A DNA stretch of 32,000 nt from Xylanibacter ruminicola 23 (GTDB lineage: Bacteria > Bacteroidota > Bacteroidia > Bacteroidales > Bacteroidaceae): assembly GCF_000025925.1 (NCBI RefSeq), contig NC_014033.1:300001-332000 (forward strand), read 5' to 3'. Position 1 is the stretch's first letter, and each line of letters opens with the position of its first letter. The translations under genes were made by a program, and so were the position numbers. Under the pieces are notes generated by a model that was not told where the DNA came from, searched no databases, and saw only the letters and a program-made list of their open reading frames with translations. Positions 23,714-32,000 of the stretch are shown here, piece by piece.

Positions 23714-23758
23714 TTCATTATAACATAAAACATTAACAAACCTAAAAAACAATTTGGT

Positions 23759-26700
23759 ATGAAGAAACATTTCTTATGTTTGCTTTTGCTGGGCGGCGCT
23801 CTTGGCGCACAGGCCACAGAAAGCACTTCTCCAGCCGTTGCTGAGGTCACTCAGCAAGGAGTTTTAGTGAAGGGTGTTGTCAAGGACGCCAAGGGCGAGC
23901 CGATCATCGGCGCCACGGTGACTGAGAAAGGCACCAAGAACGCAACGGTTACCGACTTCGACGGTAACTACTCTCTCAGAGTTGCTAACCGCAATGTAAC
24001 CCTCGTCGTCAGCTACATCGGCTTTACCTCGCAGGAGATCAAGGCCGGCGGCGACGTGACACTCCAGGAAGACAATGCCCTCTTGAACGAGGTGGTCGTC
24101 ATCGGTTACGGCACCCAGCGCAAGGGCGACATCACCTCTGCCGTCGCTTCTGTGAAGGCCGAGGACTTCAACGCAGGTAAGATAGGTGACGCTGCCGAAC
24201 TGGTGAAAGGTAAGATTGCCGGTCTGACGGTGGTCAACTCAAGTGGCGACCCGAAGGCCACCTCTTCTATCCGTCTGCGTGGTGTGACCACACTGGTCGG
24301 TAGTCTGACACCGCTCATCCTTGTGGATGGCATCGAAGGCGACCTGACGACCGTTGCCGCAGAGAATATCGCCTCCATCGATGTGCTGAAGGATGCCTCC
24401 GCAGCCGCTATCTATGGTACGCGTGGTGCCAACGGTGTCATCCTGATTACCACCAAGAGCGGACGCCGAGATACACCTGCACAGGTTTCATACAACGGAT
24501 ACGCCTCTTTCTCTAAATGGAGTAAGAAGCAAGACTTTATGGATGTCCACGATGTCATCTACGGTAAAACGGCTCAGGACTACCTCGGCTACGAGACAGA
24601 TTGGGTGAAGGCCGTAACTCGCAAGGCAGGTTTCAAGCACAACCACGACCTGAACATCAGTGGCGGTTCAAAGAATGCCACCTATTCTGCCAACATCTCG
24701 TATGCAAAGGAAGAAGGTATGATTCGTAAAACATTCAACGAGAACTTCAAGATGCAGATGGACTACACACAGTTTATGTGGAACGATGTGCTAAAGTTCA
24801 ACCTGAATGCTTTGGTAACCCGCCAGAAGTATTCAAACGATAACTTGAATACCTATTCCCATGAGAATCCCTATCGCCAGGCTTTGATTCACAACCCCTC
24901 GGAGCCTGTCTACAATGAGGACGGTAGCTATTACGAGAACTTCAACAAACTTCAGTACTATAACCCCGTGGCCCTGATTAATGAGAATTTTGGTGATAAC
25001 CGCCGCCGATTTTCACAATTAGTAGGTAACGTGACCGTGGAACCGATACATGGTTGGAAGACCAACCTGATGATTTCTTGGGGCGAGGGCGTGGACTCGT
25101 ATGAGAACTGGACATCACCTCTGCACCAGTCTATCGTCCGCACAGGTGACAATGGTGTCGCCAACAAGAGCGAAGGAACATGGGTTGACAAGAATCTGGA
25201 ACTAACCTCCCGTTATGATGCCCAGTGGGATGAGCATCGCTTTAACGCTCTCGTGGGTTACAGCTACCTTTATAAAGAGTCAGACGGCTTCAACGCTGGC
25301 AACCGTGATTTCTCCACGACGGCCTTCCTCTGGAACAACCTCGGTAACGGTTCTTGGATTAATGACAAGGACAACCATGCTTGGATGGGTAGTTATAAGA
25401 ATGACAGCAAACTCGTTGGTTTCTTCGGACGTATCAGCTATGGCTATGCCGACAAGTACAATGCACTCATCAGCATCCGCCACGAGGGTTCTTCTAAGTT
25501 TGGTGACAACCACAAGTGGGCCACCTTCCCCTCACTCTCTCTTGGATGGAACATCATGAACGAGGAGTTTATGAAGGATACTCGCTCTTGGCTCGACAAC
25601 CTGCGCCTCCGTGTGGGTTACGGTGTAACGGGTATCACACCGGGCGACAATTATCTGGCACAGAATATATACGGCTATGCCGACTACGGCGATGTAATGC
25701 TGATGGATGGCAAGTGGGTACGTAGTCTTGAAGTGAAGCAAAATCCTAACCCCGACCTGAAATGGGAAGTTAGTAATGAGTGGAACTTCGGTCTTGACTA
25801 CGGCGTACTGAACAACCGCATCCACGGTTCACTGGATGTCTATGTGAAAACCACCCACGACCTGCTGTTCAGTTATCGTGTTCCCATGCCGCCCAACCTC
25901 TACAGCGAGACGTTAGTAAACGTGGGCGATATGCGCAATACTGGTATCGAGTTTATGATTGAGGCCATTCCCGTACAGACGAAGGACTTTGAGTGGACTA
26001 CCACACTGACGGCCTCACATAATGCCAATAAGCTTCTCAAACTCAGTAATGACCTCTACGAGACAGACAATTTCCAAGAGCAGGGTTGGGCTGGCGACCC
26101 CATCGGCACCCCTACCCACTGTATGGAGGTCGGGAAAGGCCTTGGCGACTTCTGGGGATTGAAGTCGGTTGGTGTTGACCAAGACGGCTTTGTACTGGTT
26201 GAGGCAAAGGATGCCAATGGCAACTGGACAGTAATGCCCTTTAATACAAATCTGAACGTACAAGAGAACCGCCAGCGTCTGGGTAGCGGTACACCAAAGG
26301 TCATCCTCGGCTGGGGTAACACCTTCAAGTATAAGGACTTCGACCTCTCGATGCAATTCACCAGCCAACTCGGCTACAAGATTTTGAACCTCTCTCGCGC
26401 TTACTACGAGAACAATTCGATTGCCTATAACCGTTTGAAGACGGCTGCCGACTTGCACCCCGCCATCAATACCGACGGCACACCCGTGCTTGATGAGAAT
26501 GGCAACCAGAAGATGGTGAAACTTTCCCAGTCTATGCCACAGGGATGGTGGAGCGACCATTTGGAGAACGGCGACTTCCTGAAGTTGACTAATATTACGC
26601 TTGGCTATACCTTCACGCCGAAGGGTACGCTGGCCAACTATGTAAAGAAGGCTCGTATTTATGCGAACGCCACGAACCTCTTCTGTATCACGGGCTATAG

Positions 26701-26809
26701 TGGCATCGACCCTGAGGTAAGCAACTACTATATGACACCGGGTATTGACGACCGAGACAAGTACCCCGTGACCCGCAACTATACCGTAGGACTTTCATTG
26801 AACTTCTAA
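23759..26809 (+). CDS. SusC/RagA family TonB-linked outer membrane protein
   Basis: 1016 aa with a signal peptide. The carboxypeptidase-regulatory-like domain reads GVVKDAKGEPIIGATV. The plug region reads NEVVVIGYGTQRKGDITSAV...IYGTRGANGVILITTK. The C-terminal barrel ends in LNF. Confidence 0.92.
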   Translation: MKKHFLCLLLLGGALGAQATESTSPAVAEVTQQGVLVKGVVKDAKGEPIIGATVTEKGTKNATVTDFDGNYSLRVANRNVTLVVSYIGFTSQEIKAGGDVTLQEDNALLNEVVVIGYGTQRKGDITSAVASVKAEDFNAGKIGDAAELVKGKIAGLTVVNSSGDPKATSSIRLRGVTTLVGSLTPLILVDGIEGDLTTVAAENIASIDVLKDASAAAIYGTRGANGVILITTKSGRRDTPAQVSYNGYASFSKWSKKQDFMDVHDVIYGKTAQDYLGYETDWVKAVTRKAGFKHNHDLNISGGSKNATYSANISYAKEEGMIRKTFNENFKMQMDYTQFMWNDVLKFNLNALVTRQKYSNDNLNTYSHENPYRQALIHNPSEPVYNEDGSYYENFNKLQYYNPVALINENFGDNRRRFSQLVGNVTVEPIHGWKTNLMISWGEGVDSYENWTSPLHQSIVRTGDNGVANKSEGTWVDKNLELTSRYDAQWDEHRFNALVGYSYLYKESDGFNAGNRDFSTTAFLWNNLGNGSWINDKDNHAWMGSYKNDSKLVGFFGRISYGYADKYNALISIRHEGSSKFGDNHKWATFPSLSLGWNIMNEEFMKDTRSWLDNLRLRVGYGVTGITPGDNYLAQNIYGYADYGDVMLMDGKWVRSLEVKQNPNPDLKWEVSNEWNFGLDYGVLNNRIHGSLDVYVKTTHDLLFSYRVPMPPNLYSETLVNVGDMRNTGIEFMIEAIPVQTKDFEWTTTLTASHNANKLLKLSNDLYETDNFQEQGWAGDPIGTPTHCMEVGKGLGDFWGLKSVGVDQDGFVLVEAKDANGNWTVMPFNTNLNVQENRQRLGSGTPKVILGWGNTFKYKDFDLSMQFTSQLGYKILNLSRAYYENNSIAYNRLKTAADLHPAINTDGTPVLDENGNQKMVKLSQSMPQGWWSDHLENGDFLKLTNITLGYTFTPKGTLANYVKKARIYANATNLFCITGYSGIDPEVSNYYMTPGIDDRDKYPVTRNYTVGLSLNF

Positions 26810-26824
26810 AAACGAGATTGCAAT

Positions 26825-28552
26825 ATGAAAAAGATATTTAGTAAGGTTCTGATCGCCTTTGCAGCAGGAAGCATCAGCCTCACATCGTGTACTGACCTCG
26901 ACGAGACGCTTTATGACCGTCTTAACGAGACCAACATTGACCTCTCTAATGAGAAGGATTTGTCTCTGCTGCTGAGTGCTGTTACCGCCCAATATCGCTA
27001 CTTGGTAGAAGACTGGTTCGGCATGTATCACCTGCTCGAAGAGAGCTGCGACCAGTATATGGTGCCTGCTCGTCCTGGTGTGGGATGGGGCGATGCTTAC
27101 ATCAATTTGCATAAGCACAACTGGGGACCCTCTGTTGGTCAGATTTACAACCCCTGGCAGATTGCCTACCGTGGCATCGGCTACGCCAACTCCGTGATTG
27201 ATGCCATCAACCCGGATGACCCTGCAATGGTCAGTAGTCTGGCTCACGCTCGCTTTTTCCGTGCGATGTTCTATTATCACCTCTTTGACATGTTCCGCAA
27301 CATACCCTTGCAGACCACTCAGAATGTAGAGGCTGGCTATTTGCCTCAGCAGGTGAGTCCGCAGGAGATGTATGACTTCATCGTGCAGGAGTTGATAGCA
27401 TGCAAGGAAGGATTTGGAGACAGTGAGTTCTGGGGTTATGGCAACAAGTATGCCGCCTCTATGGCTCTCGCCAAGATGTATCTGAATAAGAATGTCTATC
27501 TCGGCACCAGCGGTAACGATGGTTATGAGGCTTGTCTGGCAGAGGTGGAAAGCATTATCAACTCAGGCAAGTATAGTCTTGCTCCTACTTATAAGGAGAA
27601 CTTTGCAGAAGACTTGTCAAAGAATCCAGAGGTGATTTTCGTGGTGCCCGGCGACCGTACCCACACCGTGCAGTTCGGTCTGCAGAGCTACTGCTTCCCG
27701 CAGTCGGGTATCGAGGCCTACGGCTCCACCGCTCCCGGATATAATGGTTCTTGCGCCATCCCTCAGTGGATCCGTACCTATGACGAGGCAGACAAGCGTC
27801 TGGCTGATACCTGGGCTGGCGGTCCACAGTATAAGGCCCTGAAGCAGGGTGATACCTATATCCCTAATGGCGACAAGGACAATCCCATCATGTTCGAGGC
27901 TGACGACTGGACAGGTACGGGTATCCTGACCTACAACCTGAACGTACACTCCATCGACAAGCCCGGTGCCTACCAGCAGGAGGGCTATCGCCTGCACAAG
28001 TACGAGATTATCGGTGGTACCGACGACGGTACGACGGCCGATGACGTGGCCATCTTCCGTTATACGGATGTCCTGATGATGAAGGCCGAGTGCCTGCTGC
28101 GCTTAGGACGCAACAAGGATGAGGCAGCATCACTGGTGACCCAGGTACGTGCCCGTTCCTTCGACTCTACTGCCAAGGCCACCCGCACCGTGGCTGACCT
28201 CGAAGGTGGCTCTGTCTATGCATACGGACATGATGAATATACCGTAGCCGAAGATGCTCCCGCTGGCTATAATGACTGGTCGAACCACATCACTACCTAC
28301 GAAGGCGGTGCCGATATTGAACTCGGAGGTCTGCTCGATGATCTGGGCTGGGAGTTCTGCTGCGAGTTGCATCGCCGTCAGGATTTGCTCCGTTTCAAGA
28401 TGAAGGACGGACGTAGTGTTTGGGATGGAAAGTCTTGGTTCTGCAAAGATGCTACCAGCACGACCACTTATGATATCTACTCTATCCCCGATGAGGCCAT
28501 GAAAGCCAACATTTCCCTCAAGCAGAATCCTGGCTATTCTGGTGCCGAATAA
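26825..28552 (+). CDS. SusD/RagB family nutrient-binding outer membrane lipoprotein
   Basis: 575 aa with the lipobox LTSC. It sits immediately downstream of SusC (15-nt gap). The TPR-like region reads RFFRAMFYYHLFDMFRNIPL and FRYTDVLMMKAECLLRLG. Confidence 0.9.
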   Translation: MKKIFSKVLIAFAAGSISLTSCTDLDETLYDRLNETNIDLSNEKDLSLLLSAVTAQYRYLVEDWFGMYHLLEESCDQYMVPARPGVGWGDAYINLHKHNWGPSVGQIYNPWQIAYRGIGYANSVIDAINPDDPAMVSSLAHARFFRAMFYYHLFDMFRNIPLQTTQNVEAGYLPQQVSPQEMYDFIVQELIACKEGFGDSEFWGYGNKYAASMALAKMYLNKNVYLGTSGNDGYEACLAEVESIINSGKYSLAPTYKENFAEDLSKNPEVIFVVPGDRTHTVQFGLQSYCFPQSGIEAYGSTAPGYNGSCAIPQWIRTYDEADKRLADTWAGGPQYKALKQGDTYIPNGDKDNPIMFEADDWTGTGILTYNLNVHSIDKPGAYQQEGYRLHKYEIIGGTDDGTTADDVAIFRYTDVLMMKAECLLRLGRNKDEAASLVTQVRARSFDSTAKATRTVADLEGGSVYAYGHDEYTVAEDAPAGYNDWSNHITTYEGGADIELGGLLDDLGWEFCCELHRRQDLLRFKMKDGRSVWDGKSWFCKDATSTTTYDIYSIPDEAMKANISLKQNPGYSGAE

Positions 28553-28586
28553 TATATAGGTATAACGTAATATAAAAAGACAGAAT

Positions 28587-30110
28587 ATGAAAAAGTTATC
28601 ATATATCTTGAGCGGTCTGCTGATGTTAGGCACTTCGGCCATCTTCAGCAGTTGTGGAGACAACGAGGATTTCTGGGGACCGCACCAGCTGACAGATGAC
28701 GAGGCGGCAGAACTGGCCCGTCAAGAACATATTAGAGACTCTCTGCGTAACAGCATTGACGCGGGACTCGTACTGGAATATACGGCTGATATTACCATCA
28801 GTGCGAGTTCATACGATGGTGTGGAAATTGCGATTGACTGCAATAGGATTGCCGACTTCTTTGGCATTACCACAGAACAGTTGCTTACTGGTAAACTTGC
28901 GGGCAAGGATAACGGTGTGGATGTCTCTGGCTTTGCCATCGAAGGTTCTAACCATGCTGACAATCTGACAATGTCCACTTCTGGTGCACCTTGGGGACAC
29001 TGGTGGAATCCTGATGGCAATGTCACATCTTGGAAGAATGAGGCAGAATGGCCCGACTATAAACCGACAGTTTTCACCGAGTTCAATGCCGAAGAGGGAA
29101 TTATGACCGTAGGACAATATCCAGGGAAGTTGGCAGAAGGACAGACCATCAAGGTTATTGATGCCCTGAAGTATCAGGACAAGCGCGTGGCCGTTGTCAT
29201 CACTATTACAGGTAAGGCACGCGAAGAAGTAAAAGCAACTGTAGTGGCTTCCAACAAGTTGACCCTTGAGACGGCTCCTAACGATGCCTATGCTACCGTT
29301 GCCGTAGAAGGCTTCGATGCTGCCGCTGCCCTCTCTGCCCTTGGTGCAGGTTCTTGGGCCGATGTAGCTTGGGTAGCTACCAATGCCGACGGCTCTTACG
29401 CTCAGGAGTATAGTGCCGATGCACCTGGATTCTGGTACGACAAGGAGGGCTTCGCAGGATCTTGGGGCGACAATGCCAGTGTCTTCGCTACCTTCCAGGA
29501 GGGTCAGATTCTCGTGGGACAGATGCCTGGTCAGATGACGGCTGGTTCTTCTGTCACCATCAACTTCAGCGCCATGTACAATGGCAAGATCGTTGAGAAC
29601 ATCATCACCGTGAACATCATTGGTTACGAAGATCCTGAGACCGCTCCTGAGGGAGAACCCGCTTCAACATCTAAGGACATAACGGTAACTCAGGCATGGA
29701 ACGACACTTATGCTGCAGTAGAATATGATGTTAAGGAAGAACTCCGTCAGACCTTCAAGATGACTACCTATCAGATTTTCAGTGCTATCAAGAGTGGCGA
29801 CCTGAAGATGTGGATTGACGAGGTCGGATCACCTGCAAATGAAAACGGAACTCCTGGTTACACTGGTGGTGCCCCAGGTTATTGGCTCGATGCCAACGGA
29901 AAGGCTGTAGGGTATGGAGATGGCTTGGTATATGGTGAGTTGCACAGCAGCGAAGAAAGCCTTGTGCTCGCTTTTGGTAACCACCCGGAGAACTTCTCGC
30001 CCAATGGTGGCCAGGTGAAAACCAAGTATGTCATTGAGTTGAATGGTGTGACGGCTACCTATAACATCACGTATGACGTGACTGCAGCCGCTGCTGCTCG
30101 TAAAAGATAA
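28587..30110 (+). CDS. Surface lipoprotein built from three tandem modules of about 130 aa. It is a candidate surface glycan-binding protein. The module resembles what I recall as DUF4859, but this is unverified.
   Basis: The lipobox is FSSC. Three repeats each contain a G-A-P-(W)G-x-W-x-(P)D-x-G-like motif: GAPWGHWWNPDG, DAPGFWYDKEG and GAPGYWLDANG. Each repeat ends in a beta-strand pair such as VITITG, ITVNIIG or YNITYDV. Confidence 0.6.
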   Translation: MKKLSYILSGLLMLGTSAIFSSCGDNEDFWGPHQLTDDEAAELARQEHIRDSLRNSIDAGLVLEYTADITISASSYDGVEIAIDCNRIADFFGITTEQLLTGKLAGKDNGVDVSGFAIEGSNHADNLTMSTSGAPWGHWWNPDGNVTSWKNEAEWPDYKPTVFTEFNAEEGIMTVGQYPGKLAEGQTIKVIDALKYQDKRVAVVITITGKAREEVKATVVASNKLTLETAPNDAYATVAVEGFDAAAALSALGAGSWADVAWVATNADGSYAQEYSADAPGFWYDKEGFAGSWGDNASVFATFQEGQILVGQMPGQMTAGSSVTINFSAMYNGKIVENIITVNIIGYEDPETAPEGEPASTSKDITVTQAWNDTYAAVEYDVKEELRQTFKMTTYQIFSAIKSGDLKMWIDEVGSPANENGTPGYTGGAPGYWLDANGKAVGYGDGLVYGELHSSEESLVLAFGNHPENFSPNGGQVKTKYVIELNGVTATYNITYDVTAAAAARKR

Positions 30111-30116
30111 TAAGTG

Positions 30117-32000
30117 ATGAAAAGAATTTTCAGATATTTCTTCCTGCTGCTTGCAACGGCGACTATCGCCGCTTGCAGCAGCAGCGATGATACCGAACCG
30201 GTATCAGTGGCTCCAACACTCTCTGAGACAGAAGTCAATGTGGAGTATGATGTCACCTGGTACAGTCTGACCGTTACCTCGCGTGCCGTATGGAGTGCGA
30301 AGGTAGAGAATGGCGGCGACTGGCTGACACTGAAGGATGCAAAGGGAGTGGGCGGTTCTGAGAAGTTGAGTTTCGAGATGAAGCGCAACACCACCAAGCA
30401 GCCCCGTGTGGCTAACATCACGGTGACCAGCGGCACAGCCAGCACAAACCTGAAAGTGACGCAGGGTCCGACGACCATCGAGATTATGGATCAGAGTCAG
30501 GTAAAGGACTTCGACAAGTACTATAAGCCAAAAGAGTTCAACTTCGACATGTTGCGCAACGATGCTAAGTGGTCGTGGTTCCGCTCTAAGCAGAGTGAGC
30601 ACTTCTTTGTGTTCTGGGATGCCTATTTCGGTGACGATCCTAACAGCAGCAGTCTGGCTGAGGGCGACCGTGTCGATGTAGATGACCTGCTACAGAAGGC
30701 AGAGCAGTTCTACAAGACCAACATCGACCGTCTCGGTATGGTGGTCACTGGTCAGGGCAAGTCTTATCTCGACCAGTATAAGATGGAGATCTATCTGCTC
30801 GACCCGACACCTGAGTGGTGGGTGGCAACGGGTTCTGGTTACGATGATGTGATTGGCGCCCTCTGGGTGACACCATCTACCTGCAAACCCGTCGGCAGTG
30901 TCATTGGACATGAGATAGGTCACTCCTTCCAGTATCAGACCTATTGCGACAACGTGAAGAACGGTGCTGCCAACGACTTCAAGTCGGGCTTCCGCTACGG
31001 CTACGAGGGTTCCAACGGCGGCTGTGGCTTCTGGGAGCAGTGCGCCCAGTGGCAGTCGTATCAGGACTATCCGCAGCAGGCTCTCAACGACGACTGGAAC
31101 GCTGTGTGGTATCAGCAGTGCCATCGCCATTTCGAGCATGAGTGGCAGCGCTATGCTTCTTACTATCTGCAGTACTATTGGACAGAACTCCACGGCGATA
31201 AGACCTTGGGCCGCATCTGGAACGAGTCGAAATATCCTGAGGATGCTTCAGGCGCTTATATGCGCATCTTCGGTGTCAACTATGAGAACTACAAGAAGCA
31301 ACTCTTCGCTTATGCCCAGCGCTGTGTCACTTTCGACTTCGACGGCACACGCAGCTATTTCACGAACCAGAACACGCTCTATAAGACCACGCTCTACAAC
31401 CAGGATGGTTACTATCAGATTGGCTATGAGCAATGTCCGCAGCCTACTGGTTTCAATGTGATCAACCTCGAAGTGCCTGCCGCCGGCACCAAGGTAACGG
31501 TGAGCATGGAGGCGCTGAAGGCTGGCAGCAAGCTGCCCGATGCCGATCCTGGTAATCAGGTTAATGGCGACTTCCAGGTAGTAGGCAATACCTCTACTTA
31601 TAATAAGGTGGGTAGCGATCAGGCCATCGCCTACGGCTTCGTGGCTCTGAAAGAGGATGGTAGTCGCGACTATAGCGAGATGAGCCTCACCGATGCCAAA
31701 GGTACGGCCGTCTATACGGTGCCTGCCAAGACCAAGATGCTCTATCTCGTCGTGCAGGGCGCTCCAAAGAGCTATCGTCAGTGCCCTTGGGATGACAAGG
31801 AGGAGACCGATATGCAGTGCCCCTATCGCTTCAAGATCGATGGTACCGACCTCTACGGCAACTTCTCTATCGACGAGACCAAGGATCCTGCAGATGTCGC
31901 TTTCACCTTCGACGTGAAGTGCAATGCTGCTTCCGAAGACTATATCCAGGGGAGCATCCAGTTGCAGGGCAGCGACCTGAAGAAAATGGCTCAGGCCTTC
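30117..32000 (+). CDS. Lipoprotein with an N-terminal BACON-like domain and an HEIGH (HExxH) putative zinc-metallopeptidase-like domain. It is partial and continues past the window end.
   Basis: This ORF is absent from the ORF track because it has no stop in the window. I translated 628 codons by hand without meeting a stop. The start is MKRIFRYFFLLLATATIAACSSSDD. The BACON-like region reads YSLTVTSRAVWSAKVENGGDWLTL...ANITVTSG. HEIGH lies at nt 30909-30923, and there are many Cys residues. Confidence 0.75.
   Translation, partial: MKRIFRYFFLLLATATIAACSSSDDTEPVSVAPTLSETEVNVEYDVTWYSLTVTSRAVWSAKVENGGDWLTLKDAKGVGGSEKLSFEMKRNTTKQPRVANITVTSGTASTNLKVTQGPTTIEIMDQSQVKDFDKYYKPKEFNFDMLRNDAKWSWFRSKQSEHFFVFWDAYFGDDPNSSSLAEGDRVDVDDLLQKAEQFYKTNIDRLGMVVTGQGKSYLDQYKMEIYLLDPTPEWWVATGSGYDDVIGALWVTPSTCKPVGSVIGHEIGHSFQYQTYCDNVKNGAANDFKSGFRYGYEGSNGGCGFWEQCAQWQSYQDYPQQALNDDWNAVWYQQCHRHFEHEWQRYASYYLQYYWTELHGDKTLGRIWNESKYPEDASGAYMRIFGVNYENYKKQLFAYAQRCVTFDFDGTRSYFTNQNTLYKTTLYNQDGYYQIGYEQCPQPTGFNVINLEVPAAGTKVTVSMEALKAGSKLPDADPGNQVNGDFQVVGNTSTYNKVGSDQAIAYGFVALKEDGSRDYSEMSLTDAKGTAVYTVPAKTKMLYLVVQGAPKSYRQCPWDDKEETDMQCPYRFKIDGTDLYGNFSIDETKDPADVAFTFDVKCNAASEDYIQGSIQLQGSDLKKMAQAF

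Noticed and set aside
22727-23770. 347-aa minus-strand ORF, plus several plus- and minus-strand ORFs at 22027-23850
   Set aside because: They are antisense or alternate-frame products of the GC-rich 3' part of GH127 copy 2. Their composition is rich in Gly, Arg, Leu and Val with no motifs. I use them only as an indicator of high GC3.
26015-28663. Minus-strand ORFs of 101-181 aa within SusC, SusD and the lipoprotein 5' end
   Set aside because: They are shadow ORFs antisense to confidently assigned genes.
30059-31461. Track ORFs at 30059-30478 (-), 30204-30602 (-), 30690-31193 (-) and 30964-31461 (+)
   Set aside because: All of them overlap the open-ended frame starting at 30117. That frame has a lipoprotein signal, a BACON-like domain and HEIGH, so it is the real gene.
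1-32000. Search for mobile-element, prophage, defence-system, toxin-antitoxin, tRNA or rRNA signatures
   Set aside because: None of the translated ORFs resembled a transposase, integrase, recombinase, restriction/modification, Cas or toxin family that I could recognise. I saw no tRNA-like or rRNA-like sequence by eye. I cannot exclude small ncRNAs without a covariance-model scan.

Overview
This window looks like a Bacteroidota chromosome segment, probably Prevotellaceae. That call rests on a SusC/SusD pair, TAnnTTTG-type -7 promoter boxes, lipoprotein signal peptides and tightly packed genes without Shine-Dalgarno spacing.

The left half (1-14.3 kb) holds ordinary genes:
- pepT and a family-3 acyltransferase
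- a truncated M15 peptidase remnant
- a His-rich P1B-type heavy-metal ATPase
- a VTC-domain / DUF4956 gene pair
- an AraC regulator with a Gfo/Idh/MocA oxidoreductase
- a tripartite RND efflux operon (adaptor, pump, outer-membrane factor)

The right half (14.4-32 kb) is a polysaccharide utilisation locus (PUL) made of two divergent operons. The minus-strand operon is GH97 -> GH43 -> GH127. The plus-strand operon is GH127 -> SusC -> SusD -> a three-repeat lipoprotein -> a BACON + HEIGH lipoprotein that runs off the window.

The points most worth follow-up:
1. The gene content of the PUL fits a beta-L-arabinofuranosylated glycoprotein substrate (extensin/HRGP-like). It includes an uncharacterised HExxH surface lipoprotein.
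2. Short tandem heptamer arrays share the core TTGACAAT. They sit in frame inside two CDSs and exactly on gene junctions.
3. The VTC/DUF4956 pair has a membrane component with an unexpected beta-barrel-like C-terminal tail, and its stop codon overlaps the ATPase stop.

I recognised no rRNA, tRNA, CRISPR array, transposase or integrase. All family assignments come from reading the supplied translations and recalling motifs. No database search was run.
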